From Bacilli bacterium (GTDB lineage: Bacteria; Bacillota_I; Bacilli_A; RF39; UBA660), in NCBI GenBank assembly GCA_017459425.1, contig JAFUCZ010000030.1, forward strand, positions 4,096 to 68,095: 64,000 nucleotides of DNA. Reading direction: 5' to 3'. A model generated the notes under the pieces. That model had not been told where the DNA came from. It saw only the letters and a list, made by a program, of their open reading frames with translations, and did not search any database. Made by a program: the position numbers and the translations under genes. Below, piece after piece: positions 45,167 to 54,624 of the stretch. Position 1 is the stretch's first letter. The number at the start of each line of letters is the position of its first letter.

Positions 45167-46950
45167 TGGATATAAAGACTCAGATTGCTCCAAAGGGGCT
45201 TGAATTTAAAGCTAATGAATTTATTATTAGTGATAAGTATGCTACTATTTTAACAGTTGTATCATATCCTAGATATATTCAACCTGGCTATTTAGCGCAA
45301 CTAACTAGTATGTCAGGAATTAAGGTAGTAATTAAACATATACCTTTACCATTTAGTTCTATTCGTAAAATGTTAAATAAAGAAATAGCTGATTTAAAAG
45401 CTAGATATCAACAAGAAAGCGATAAAACTATTCAAGAAAGAATTCGTCAAGATTATGAATCACTAGAGCAATTTATTCAAATGCTTGCAGCTAGTCAATC
45501 TAAAATTTACGATTTTCAAATGCATATAATGATTACTGCTGATTCTCAAGATGAATTAACAAGTAAAAAATTACAAGTAAGAAGTTATTTAGAAGCAATG
45601 GAAATGAGAGCGTTCCCTTTAAGATTTGAACAAGAAAAGGTTCTAAAATCGATTATTCCAATATATTCAAAACAAGATATTGAAGATAGAATTGGTACAC
45701 CAATACCTTCTCCAACGCTTGCTGCAATGTATCCATTTATATTTGATAGCATTAAAGATCCAGGCCTTTCTACATTACTTGGCGTAGATTTTTCTGGAGG
45801 TGTAATTTTATTTAATCAATTCTTATATCAAATTAGAAAAGAACATAATAGAAATAATGCCAATTTAATTATACTTGGTACATCAGGAAGTGGTAAATCT
45901 ACTGCTGCTAAATTAATGTTAAGAACTCACATTAGAAATGGATGTCAGGTTGTCGTAATTGACCCAGAGGGTGAATTAGAAGAAATGGCTAAACTTTATG
46001 ATGGAAGTTTTATAGATCTTGGTAAAGGTGGAGAGTATGGAATGGTAAATCCACTTGAAGTTGTAATTGATGCAGATGAAGATGAGATGCAACAAGGTCT
46101 TGGGTATACAGTACTTACTCGTACTTTACAAACTATAAAAGCATTCTTTAAGTATTATGATCCAAGTGCTACTGAAGATGTTATTACTATGTTTAGTGAA
46201 ATAGTTCAAGAAACATATAGAAGATTTGGAATGGATTTTAATACTGATTATTCTAAATTTACTTCAAGTGACTATCCTACATTTAAAGATGTTTATGCTA
46301 CAGTGCGCGGAAGATTATCTTCGATGGTTGAAAAAACTCACGAAAAAGATATATTAGAGAGACTTGAACTAAAAATTAGACCGATTATAACTGAACTTAG
46401 ATATTATTTTGATGGTCATACCACTATAAAACCCGATAGTGATTTTATAGTATTTAATATAAAAGAATTAATGAATGCGGATATTAATATCAGAAATGCA
46501 TTATTCTTTAACATTTTAAAATATGCTTGGGGACTTACACTTAATAAAAATGTAAATACTATTTTAGAGGTTGATGAAGCACACGTATTATTATCGGGTA
46601 ATAATACTTTAGGAGCTGATTTCTTAGCTCAAATTCAAAGACGTGCACGTAAATATAATACTGGTACAATTATAATTACACAACAACCAAGTGATTTCTG
46701 TGATCCATCAGTTATCACACAAGGAAAAGCTATATTTGATAATGCATCTTATTATTTAATAATGGGTCTTAAAAAACAAGCTGTAGAAGATTTAGGAATG
46801 CTTGTTGATTTAAATGATAATGAAAGAGATAGCATTAAGAAATATAATCAAGGTGAAGCATTATTTGTATGCGGAAGCAGACGTATGCGTATAAATGTAG
46901 TTGTAAGTGAACAAGAGTTAGATTCATTTGGATCTGGCGGTGGATTATAA
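45166..46950 (+). CDS. virB4: VirB4-family conjugative ATPase, C-terminal (motor) part
   Basis: IAPKGLEFKANEFIISDKYATILTVVSYPRYIQPGYL, Walker A GTSGSGKST, Walker B ILEVDEAHVLL. Confidence 0.85.
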   Translation: MDIKTQIAPKGLEFKANEFIISDKYATILTVVSYPRYIQPGYLAQLTSMSGIKVVIKHIPLPFSSIRKMLNKEIADLKARYQQESDKTIQERIRQDYESLEQFIQMLAASQSKIYDFQMHIMITADSQDELTSKKLQVRSYLEAMEMRAFPLRFEQEKVLKSIIPIYSKQDIEDRIGTPIPSPTLAAMYPFIFDSIKDPGLSTLLGVDFSGGVILFNQFLYQIRKEHNRNNANLIILGTSGSGKSTAAKLMLRTHIRNGCQVVVIDPEGELEEMAKLYDGSFIDLGKGGEYGMVNPLEVVIDADEDEMQQGLGYTVLTRTLQTIKAFFKYYDPSATEDVITMFSEIVQETYRRFGMDFNTDYSKFTSSDYPTFKDVYATVRGRLSSMVEKTHEKDILERLELKIRPIITELRYYFDGHTTIKPDSDFIVFNIKELMNADINIRNALFFNILKYAWGLTLNKNVNTILEVDEAHVLLSGNNTLGADFLAQIQRRARKYNTGTIIITQQPSDFCDPSVITQGKAIFDNASYYLIMGLKKQAVEDLGMLVDLNDNERDSIKKYNQGEALFVCGSRRMRINVVVSEQELDSFGSGGGL

Positions 46951-46964
46951 TTTTGTAAAATAAT

Positions 46965-46998
46965 AAGCAATCATATATTGTTAATGATTGCTTTTTTT
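46965..46998 (+). terminator. Rho-independent terminator
   Basis: 10-bp stem aagcaatcat/atgattgctt, 9-nt loop, then a T-run. Confidence 0.7.
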
Positions 46999-47050
46999 GA
47001 TATAATAAGATGGGGAAAAAGATTTAAAAATGAATTAGGAGGAACAATAT

Positions 47051-49072
47051 ATGTTAGATTCTTTTGGAACAGATACTATAAGAGGTATTTTCGCACTTTT
47101 AGATAGCTTAGTTTATAATTTAATAGGTGTTGTTTATGAATTTATAAAAAGGCTTGCTGATATACAATTATTTGGAACAAGTGAAATATCACAATTTTCC
47201 ACTAAAATATATGGCATTATGGGGTTATTCATGCTTTTTAAAGTGTCTTTTTCACTTCTTAATTATATAGTAGATCCTGATTCTTTTTCTGATAAAAGTA
47301 AAGGGGCAACTACCATCGCCAAAAATATAATTATAGTTTTGGTTTTAATAATTTTAGCTCCTTTTGCATTTGATTTGATGACTGATGCTCAAAATATTAT
47401 TTTAGATGAAAAGATTCTTGAACGATTTATATTTAGTTCTGATGGCGGTGAAGATGGAAATTTTGTTGATGAGCTTAGTTTTCAAATGAACGAATTAGTA
47501 TGTGATGATCATGTTGCTAAGGCTGCAAGTGATGGAGATTTTATCGCACTTCAAATATTTAAAGGTTTTTATCAACCAGAACCATATTATTTAAATCACT
47601 ATAGTTTAGATGATATACAAGAAGAATTATACGATGGTGATGCGGGTGTTTATTGTTCTGAAGGAAAGATGACAGTTGATGATTATTTGGTGTCAGATGT
47701 ATATAATGATGCACAGCCAGGAACCGGTGATGAAGATTATTATACTGTTGATTATGTATTTTTATGGTCGACGATAGTTGGAGTTGTGGTGCTATTACTA
47801 TTTATAAATGTATGTATTGAGATTGCAAAACGTGCGGTGAAATTAGGATTTTTACAACTTATTGCACCAATTCCAATTATTTCATATGTTGATCCAAAGT
47901 CGGGTAAAGATGGAATGTTTAAAAAATGGTTGAAGCAGCTAGGAAGTACTTGGGCTAGCTTATTTATTAGACTGGGTGCAATATATTTTGCTGTATATAT
48001 AATTGAAATTGTATGTAATAAATTGAGCGATGAAAATATTTTTATCGAAGTATTTATAATTATTGGATGTTTATTATTTTCAAAGGAGCTTCCAAAACTA
48101 ATTGAAGATTTAATCCCTGGATTAAAAATGGGAGGAAATTTTACTTTAAATCCAATGAAAAACTTACGTGAAAATATTGCAGGATATAATACAATAAAAG
48201 CTGGTGCTGCCGGTGTTGGCGGATTCGTTGCTGGTGGATTAGGTGGTGCTGCCGCAAATATCTGGGGAGCAAGAGTGCAAAATAGAAATGTAAAAAAGCA
48301 ATTAGCTGATGAAAATCTTACTGCTGGAACAAAAGAATACAAAAAAAGATTTAAAGAACTTCATGGTAATACTGGCTTTGGATACGCTTCTAGTATAATT
48401 GCAGGGGCAACTAGTTCTAGTTTTAGATCATTTTGGGCTGGTGTTAAAGGTGAAGGTAAAAAAGGAATTAGAAAATCGGCAGCTGAGGGTGTTACAGGTG
48501 CATCGCTTGCTCGTAATCAAAGAGATGCAGGTTATAATTTAAGATCAAAAATATATGATTCAGCTACAGATGTTGCAAAGATTAAAGATAGTTATGGAAC
48601 AACAGACGTATTAAAAGGGCAACTTAGAGATTATCAAAGACAACGTGATAATGCACAAAGAGATGAAAATACTTTTGCACAATTCTTTAGAGATCGAATC
48701 AATGCCGTTGAAAACCAAAAGGCTGGTGTAGCAGAAGGATTAATGAAAGTATTTGATAATGCATTTGATTCGACTACAAATAAATATGTAGAAAAAACTT
48801 ATACGGATTATAGAGATTTAGCTGGTAAAGAGGCGTGGATGTCATATATGCATCAAAATGAAGACGATTGGAATGCATTAAGTGATATAGATAAAAATCG
48901 CGATATGGATATGCTTTCACATTTGAATTTAGTTGCTAATGAGTCAGAATTTAATTCAATTAATAATGCTTATAGACAATATAATGAAAGTGACTTACAA
49001 ATCAAAGGTCTTGATAGAAAAATTAAATCTACGGAAGAAAATCTTAGAAAAAAATCAACTAAGGGTCAATAA
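47051..49072 (+). CDS. VirB6/TrbL-like polytopic T4SS channel protein with C-terminal coiled-coil extension
   Basis: About seven TMs (IYGIMGLFMLFKVSFSLL, IIIVLVLIILAPFAF, IVGVVVLLLFINVCIEIA, FLQLIAPIPIISYV...), a Gly-rich segment GAAGVGGFVAGGLGGAAANIWG, then a charged tail. Confidence 0.6.
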   Translation: MLDSFGTDTIRGIFALLDSLVYNLIGVVYEFIKRLADIQLFGTSEISQFSTKIYGIMGLFMLFKVSFSLLNYIVDPDSFSDKSKGATTIAKNIIIVLVLIILAPFAFDLMTDAQNIILDEKILERFIFSSDGGEDGNFVDELSFQMNELVCDDHVAKAASDGDFIALQIFKGFYQPEPYYLNHYSLDDIQEELYDGDAGVYCSEGKMTVDDYLVSDVYNDAQPGTGDEDYYTVDYVFLWSTIVGVVVLLLFINVCIEIAKRAVKLGFLQLIAPIPIISYVDPKSGKDGMFKKWLKQLGSTWASLFIRLGAIYFAVYIIEIVCNKLSDENIFIEVFIIIGCLLFSKELPKLIEDLIPGLKMGGNFTLNPMKNLRENIAGYNTIKAGAAGVGGFVAGGLGGAAANIWGARVQNRNVKKQLADENLTAGTKEYKKRFKELHGNTGFGYASSIIAGATSSSFRSFWAGVKGEGKKGIRKSAAEGVTGASLARNQRDAGYNLRSKIYDSATDVAKIKDSYGTTDVLKGQLRDYQRQRDNAQRDENTFAQFFRDRINAVENQKAGVAEGLMKVFDNAFDSTTNKYVEKTYTDYRDLAGKEAWMSYMHQNEDDWNALSDIDKNRDMDMLSHLNLVANESEFNSINNAYRQYNESDLQIKGLDRKIKSTEENLRKKSTKGQ

Positions 49073-49092
49073 TGTAATAGGTGGTGATTTGA

Positions 49093-51324
49093 TTGGCTGA
49101 AAATAATAATAGTAATAAAGAAATTGTTAACTCCAATAATGGGGTTAACAATTTAACTTCATCAGGCAATGAAGTCACAAGAAAAGATGCTGATCAAAAA
49201 TTAGATAGGGCAGGTAGTGATGCTTTACAAAAAATGGGTGTTCCTAAATCTGCCGCAGATAAAGCTATAAAGAATAATGGAGGAATGTTTTCACCTGCTA
49301 ATTTACCGGGCAATAAATTGGTTAAAAATAAAAGTAGGGATGCATTATCTAATGTACTTAATAAAAATAAAAATAGATTTCAAAACAATAATTCAAATTC
49401 AAATTTAAATATGAACAACGATGAAGAAAATAGCAATGAAAAACCTTCAGGAGATTTAAATGAAAATAAAATTCAGGAATCAAATGGCTTTAAAAAAGTT
49501 TTATCAAATGGTTTAACAAACAAAATAGGTGGTAATTTAACTGGCAGTATTTTTGGCAAAGTTAAAACTAAAATATATTTATATTTAATTGCTGCGAGTA
49601 TACCTGTTATATTTTTATTTCTTATTATCATTTTAATTGCAGGTGGTGGCGAAGAAGAAAAGAGTAAAGCTGATGATTATTTTAGTGGTGAAATGTCTGA
49701 AGAAGAGCTAGAAAGCTATTTAAAATCTGCTGGATATTGTGATGGTAACGATTGTAGTAATGCTCTTAAATATTATAAAACAATTGAAAGTAGTTTAGTT
49801 ACTGTTTCAAGGAACGAAAGAACTTATTATGCCAATTTGGTAATGGCAATTACAGGGTATGGTAGAAAAAGTAATGAGTTATTTATAATTAATTCTGACG
49901 AGATAGATGAAGTTGCAAAAAAACTAGTACAATTGAATTATTCTTCTTCAACTGATTTATCAAAATTTAATGAATTAAAAGATTATATTGTTGGAGAAAA
50001 TGGATATATTGATACTTTTAGACCTGATTTGAAAGATAAAAAAGAAAAGGCTTATAACGCTATGATTGGCAATGCATCTAAAGAAAATAAGAATACTAAA
50101 CTTGCAACTAAAAAGAAACAACGTTCAAACAGCAATGGGTCAAGATGTATTTATAATGTAAATGGTGAATCTCAAGATATAAAGGTACAATTAACAGAGT
50201 GTACTAATAGTGCATCACCTAGTACTCCTACTGTTGGAAGTCCAATGGATTTAGAGGATTATGTAAGAGGAGTATTATATGCTGAATCTTGTGTAAATAT
50301 AAATTCGAGTTATTGTAGTAGTAATGGATGGTCAATAGAGGTAGTAAAAACTCATGCAGTTGCAATTAGAAGTTTTGTACTTGCTGTTAATAGAAATGTA
50401 GGAGATGCTACTGGCGAGGGGCTTGGAACTGTTACTAAAGGTATAGCTCGTATTCAAAGTTGTACAAATAGACAAGTATACTGTAGTGTAGATTATGGAT
50501 GTTCAGAAAATTCAAACAGAACAATGGTTCCAGGTACTGCCGGTAATATTTTAAGTGGGCATTTTGGACCTATGACAGATTCATTACAGCGTGAAATATT
50601 GGAACAAGTTATAACTGAAACTCAAGGTAAAGTGTTGTATGATGGATCTGATATTGTACCTGGTAGTTATGATGCTTGGAATGGTGTTCCGACATGGAAA
50701 AAACTTGCAAATGAAGGTAATAACTATAATGAAATATTAGTTAAGTATTACTCTGCTTATAGACATGTGCCTATTACTGTAGCGACTATTGGTAAGTGTA
50801 CTTCCTCAAATATTTCTGATTATGATTGGAAGCAAACAGATCCTAGATGGGGTAGTGTATTACTTGGAACAGGTACTGCAAATATTCATAATATTGGTTG
50901 TTTGTTAACATCAACTGCTATTCAAATCGCACGTTCTGGAACAGAGGTTACTACTCCAGACTTTGATCCAGGTGTACTTGGTAATTGTATGAGACAAGCG
51001 GGTGCATTTGGTTCAAATGGTGCGTTACTTGCATGGGCTGCTAATAAACAACACTGCGCAGCACCTAATTTTGATTTTGATTATATGACTTCTGCAACTG
51101 GTTCAAAGAGTGCTATATCTAGCAAACTAGCTAGTATACTTTCGGACTCTAATAGTTATGTGATTATAAGTGTAAATAGTGGTGGTCACTGGGTTGCAGT
51201 AATAGATGTAAATGGTAGTGAAGTAACTATAATTGATCCTTGGCCAACAGGATATACTAGTTTATGGGATTTTAATATAGGTGGTACTGGTGGACAAGTT
51301 GCTGTATTTAAAAAGAAAGATTAG
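49093..51324 (+). CDS. T4SS-associated cell-wall hydrolase: SpoIID-like lytic domain plus C39-like/papain-fold peptidase domain
   Basis: TTG start after AGGTGGTGA. N-rich cytoplasmic head, TM (IYLYLIAASIPVIFLFLIIILIA), SpoIID-like block (DLEDYVRGVLYAESC...VVKTHAVAIRSFVLA...CTNRQVY), and a C-terminal DPRWG...NIGCLLTSTAIQ...GGHWVAVIDV...IIDPW. Confidence 0.65.
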   Translation: MAENNNSNKEIVNSNNGVNNLTSSGNEVTRKDADQKLDRAGSDALQKMGVPKSAADKAIKNNGGMFSPANLPGNKLVKNKSRDALSNVLNKNKNRFQNNNSNSNLNMNNDEENSNEKPSGDLNENKIQESNGFKKVLSNGLTNKIGGNLTGSIFGKVKTKIYLYLIAASIPVIFLFLIIILIAGGGEEEKSKADDYFSGEMSEEELESYLKSAGYCDGNDCSNALKYYKTIESSLVTVSRNERTYYANLVMAITGYGRKSNELFIINSDEIDEVAKKLVQLNYSSSTDLSKFNELKDYIVGENGYIDTFRPDLKDKKEKAYNAMIGNASKENKNTKLATKKKQRSNSNGSRCIYNVNGESQDIKVQLTECTNSASPSTPTVGSPMDLEDYVRGVLYAESCVNINSSYCSSNGWSIEVVKTHAVAIRSFVLAVNRNVGDATGEGLGTVTKGIARIQSCTNRQVYCSVDYGCSENSNRTMVPGTAGNILSGHFGPMTDSLQREILEQVITETQGKVLYDGSDIVPGSYDAWNGVPTWKKLANEGNNYNEILVKYYSAYRHVPITVATIGKCTSSNISDYDWKQTDPRWGSVLLGTGTANIHNIGCLLTSTAIQIARSGTEVTTPDFDPGVLGNCMRQAGAFGSNGALLAWAANKQHCAAPNFDFDYMTSATGSKSAISSKLASILSDSNSYVIISVNSGGHWVAVIDVNGSEVTIIDPWPTGYTSLWDFNIGGTGGQVAVFKKKD

Positions 51325-51332
51325 GTGAACTC

Positions 51333-52118
51333 ATGGAAAATAAAAAAAAGTACTTTATTTTTGGAATAATCATTGTAGTTTATTTAGTTTTAACAGTGAC
51401 ATTTTTGATAATAAAAAATAGTAATGATAAGAATAATGAAAAATATCTGATTATTGATCAATATGGATTATTTATGAAAAAAAATAATAAATGGTCAACA
51501 TTTACTAAAAAAAATAGCGACTATTATATGTTTAAAAATTACGATATTTTTGATGGTCAAACATATTTAGGAAATTATACTCTTCAATATAATGATAGAT
51601 GGTATTTATGGGATGATAATAATAATTCAATACAGTATGATGATAAAATACTTGCATATCGAGGAAATGAACAAATGAAATTAAAAGTACTAGAAAATGT
51701 TGAATTAAATTCAGGCGATAATGAAATTATAAATTCTGCATTGAAAAAGATAAGTGTTAACGGTTATAGTAATTTATCTAAATCAAAAAAATATCAACTA
51801 GATTTAGATGGGGATAATAATTATGAATATGTTTATGAAATATCAAATTTAGATAGTTTTAATGAACCTGATAAATATTTTTCAATTGTATTTATTTATA
51901 ATGGAAAAGATATAGATATTATAAAAAATAGTGTTGGGAAAGAAGAAGAGTCTTTACAACTAGCAAGATTTAGTTTAGAATATAATATTAGTTTTGGAAG
52001 TGATAATTATAATCATATAATTATACAAACAATTTATTTTTCAAAACCTGATAAAACAAAATATTCAATTTATAAATATAATAAAAATAAGTTAGATTTA
52101 GTTATAGAAAATAAATAG
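51333..52118 (+). CDS. Bitopic protein in the VirB8/TcpC/PrgL position (assignment by position and topology only)
   Basis: Single N-terminal TM (YFIFGIIIVVYLVLTVTFLII) and a roughly 230-aa ectodomain, located between the hydrolase and the coupling protein. Confidence 0.35.
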   Translation: MENKKKYFIFGIIIVVYLVLTVTFLIIKNSNDKNNEKYLIIDQYGLFMKKNNKWSTFTKKNSDYYMFKNYDIFDGQTYLGNYTLQYNDRWYLWDDNNNSIQYDDKILAYRGNEQMKLKVLENVELNSGDNEIINSALKKISVNGYSNLSKSKKYQLDLDGDNNYEYVYEISNLDSFNEPDKYFSIVFIYNGKDIDIIKNSVGKEEESLQLARFSLEYNISFGSDNYNHIIIQTIYFSKPDKTKYSIYKYNKNKLDLVIENK

Positions 52119-52127
52119 GTGATTCTT

Positions 52128-54554
52128 ATGAAATTAAAATTTAGAGCTGAAAAAAAGGATGTAATAATATTTGTTATTTTTTGCATATTGCTTTTATATT
52201 TAGTTGCAATCGGAGTAGTAAATATAGCTACTTTTGCAAGTGAATCAAAATTTTCTGGATTAAATCCACTACCTGCTTTTAGTAGCGAATATTTCGCACC
52301 TACTATGGTATTTTTCTTAATAGCGCTTATTGCTATAATAAGTAGTGTATCTTCAAAGTTTTTTGAAAGAGAAAAAGGAATTGGAGTTGTAACTGCTCCA
52401 AAAGAATCTAAAGGATATGCTAGATGGGCAACTGCTAAAGAAATGAAGAAAAAATTAAAAATGGTTGACCCTAAAGCAATTGATAGTGAAGTTGCGGGTA
52501 TTCCTTTAATTAATAATGGTAAAGAAATATGGGTAGATGATAGTGAGTGGCACAATTTAATTATTGGTTCTACTGCATCAGGTAAAACTGAAAGTATTGT
52601 TCAACCTATGGTTAAGTCATTGATGAAAAAAGGTGAATCAATGATTATAACTGACCCTAAAGGTGAAATATACGAAAGAAATGGTGAAGAGTTAAAGGAA
52701 CGCGGTTATAATGTAGTTTTACTTAATTTTCGTGATCCACAAAGAGGTAATTGTTGGAATCCGATAACTTTGCCATATAGTTTATATAAAGAAGGAAAAA
52801 AAGATAAAGCAACAGAGTTGCTAGACGATTTAGCTAAAAACATTCTATATGATGAAGCTAATAAGAATGGGGACCCATTTTGGGAAAATACATCAGCTGA
52901 TTATTTTGCTGGATTATGTTTAGCTTTATTTGATGATGCTCGTGAAGAACAAATTAATTTAAATACAATTAATTTAATGACTACTGTTGGTGAAAATAAA
53001 TTAGGTGGAACTACTTATATGAAAGAGTACTTTAGTGATAAAGATCAAGGTTCTCCTGCATATATAAATGTTGCAAGTACTTTGATGGCACCAAGTGAAA
53101 CAAAGGGGAGTATTCTATCAGTATTTAAACAAAAAATTAAATTATTTTCATCTAAAGAAAATTTATCTGAAATGTTAAGTCATACTGATTTTGATATGAA
53201 AGATATAGGAAGAAAAAAAACAGCGGTATTTATTATAATTCATGATGAGAAAAAAACATACCATCCACTTGCTACAATTTTTGTAAAACAATGTTATGAG
53301 ACTTTAATAGATGTAGCATTTGAAAACGGTGGTAAATTACCTCAAAAAACTAACTTTATTCTTGATGAGTTTGCTAATATGCCTCCTTTAAAAGATGCGG
53401 ATGCAATGGTAACAGCAGCGCGTTCTCGTTTAATAAGATTTACATATATTATTCAAAACTTTGCTCAATTAACTGAGGTATATGGAAAAGAAAAAGGAGA
53501 CACTATTAAAGGTAACTGTGGTAACTGGATTTATTTAATTAGTACAGAACTTGCAGCACTTGAAGAAATAAGTAAAATGTGCGGAGATGTTAAGTCTAAA
53601 AAAGATGATAAAACAGATAGTAGGCCTCTTGTTACTGTTTCTGACTTACAAAGACTGCCAATGTATACAATGATTATATTGCGTGCACGTAGTATGCCTT
53701 TTAAAACTAAAATGACACCAGCTTGGAAAATGGATCAAGAAAATATGTGGGGCGTAAGTTATCCAAAAGCAACTTATCCAAATCGTGAAAAACAAAAAGT
53801 AGAGATATTTGATATTAAAGCTTATGTTGACGAAAAAAAAGATAAAAAAATAAGAGAAATGTTAAATAAAGGCTCTAATGACATGCCTAAAAATCCATTT
53901 ATGGATCAAATGCCAGGTATGGGTATGTTCCCACCAATGTTTGGTACAAATAATCATCAAAGAAATGAAAATAATAATTTTAATGTGGATGATTTATTAA
54001 AAAGAATAGACGCAAAAATTGCAGAACTTGAAGAAGAAGAAAAAAATGAAGCACAAGATAAGATTAAAGAACAAATTAATGATATTGATTTGGTGCCTGA
54101 TAAATTTAATGATGAAATAAAGGCACTAGATAAAATAGAAGATGATAAAATAATTCAAAATGATATTAATAATACTGATTTGAAATTAAATTTGCCAGAT
54201 TCAAGTATTAAAACTAATTCAAATACTCAAACTCAAAATAGTATTGAATTTGATAAATCAAATTCAAGTGTTAAACCAGATATTAATTCAAAAATAGAAA
54301 CTCAAATTAATAATCTTGATTTAATACCTGACAAGTTAAATGATGAAATAAAGGTATTAGACAAAATAGAAGATGATAAAGTTAATTTGAATGAATTTAA
54401 GATTAATACGTCTAATATTAAATTTCCAGAACAATTAAACAACAACAAAAATGTTGTAATTCCAAGTGAAGAAATAATAGAAGAAACAAATGATGGTAAT
54501 AATGTTGTTACTGATGATCAATTTTTTGATGATTTCTTTAGTGATGATGAATAA
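52128..54554 (+). CDS. virD4: VirD4/TraG-type type IV coupling protein with long repeat-containing acidic C-terminal tail
   Basis: Two N-terminal TMs, Walker A GSTASGKTE, Walker B NFILDEFANMP, ARSRLIRFTYIIQNFAQL. AGGTGA RBS before ATG 52128. Confidence 0.85.
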   Translation: MKLKFRAEKKDVIIFVIFCILLLYLVAIGVVNIATFASESKFSGLNPLPAFSSEYFAPTMVFFLIALIAIISSVSSKFFEREKGIGVVTAPKESKGYARWATAKEMKKKLKMVDPKAIDSEVAGIPLINNGKEIWVDDSEWHNLIIGSTASGKTESIVQPMVKSLMKKGESMIITDPKGEIYERNGEELKERGYNVVLLNFRDPQRGNCWNPITLPYSLYKEGKKDKATELLDDLAKNILYDEANKNGDPFWENTSADYFAGLCLALFDDAREEQINLNTINLMTTVGENKLGGTTYMKEYFSDKDQGSPAYINVASTLMAPSETKGSILSVFKQKIKLFSSKENLSEMLSHTDFDMKDIGRKKTAVFIIIHDEKKTYHPLATIFVKQCYETLIDVAFENGGKLPQKTNFILDEFANMPPLKDADAMVTAARSRLIRFTYIIQNFAQLTEVYGKEKGDTIKGNCGNWIYLISTELAALEEISKMCGDVKSKKDDKTDSRPLVTVSDLQRLPMYTMIILRARSMPFKTKMTPAWKMDQENMWGVSYPKATYPNREKQKVEIFDIKAYVDEKKDKKIREMLNKGSNDMPKNPFMDQMPGMGMFPPMFGTNNHQRNENNNFNVDDLLKRIDAKIAELEEEEKNEAQDKIKEQINDIDLVPDKFNDEIKALDKIEDDKIIQNDINNTDLKLNLPDSSIKTNSNTQTQNSIEFDKSNSSVKPDINSKIETQINNLDLIPDKLNDEIKVLDKIEDDKVNLNEFKINTSNIKFPEQLNNNKNVVIPSEEIIEETNDGNNVVTDDQFFDDFFSDDE
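54075..54380 (+). repeat. Two 75-nt coding repeats, 231 nt apart, in the T4CP tail
   Basis: 54075-54149 (INDIDLVPDKFNDEIKALDKIEDDK) and 54306-54380 (INNLDLIPDKLNDEIKVLDKIEDDK); most nucleotide positions are identical when aligned by eye. Confidence 0.8.
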
Positions 54555-54560
54555 TTTGAA

Positions 54561-54596
54561 AACTCTATAAAAACTATAGAGTTTTTATTTTTTTTA
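54561..54596 (+). terminator. Rho-independent terminator after the T4CP gene
   Basis: 9-bp stem aactctata/tatagagtt, loop aaaac, then a T-rich run. Confidence 0.7.
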
Positions 54597-54624
54597 ATGT
54601 ATAATTATATTATGGAGTGGTTAT

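Noticed and set aside
47752-48342. 196-aa minus-strand ORF inside the VirB6-like gene. Similar antisense or alternative-frame ORFs occur at 420-617, 1742-1963, 2132-2511, 13733-13996, 15808-16194, 36209-36418, 52070-52555, 56160-56399 and 63053-63325.
   Set aside because: All lie wholly within much longer ORFs that have recognisable motifs and RBSs. They have low-complexity or hydrophobic compositions, as expected from reading AT-rich or Gly/Ala-coding DNA in the wrong frame, and they lack RBSs.
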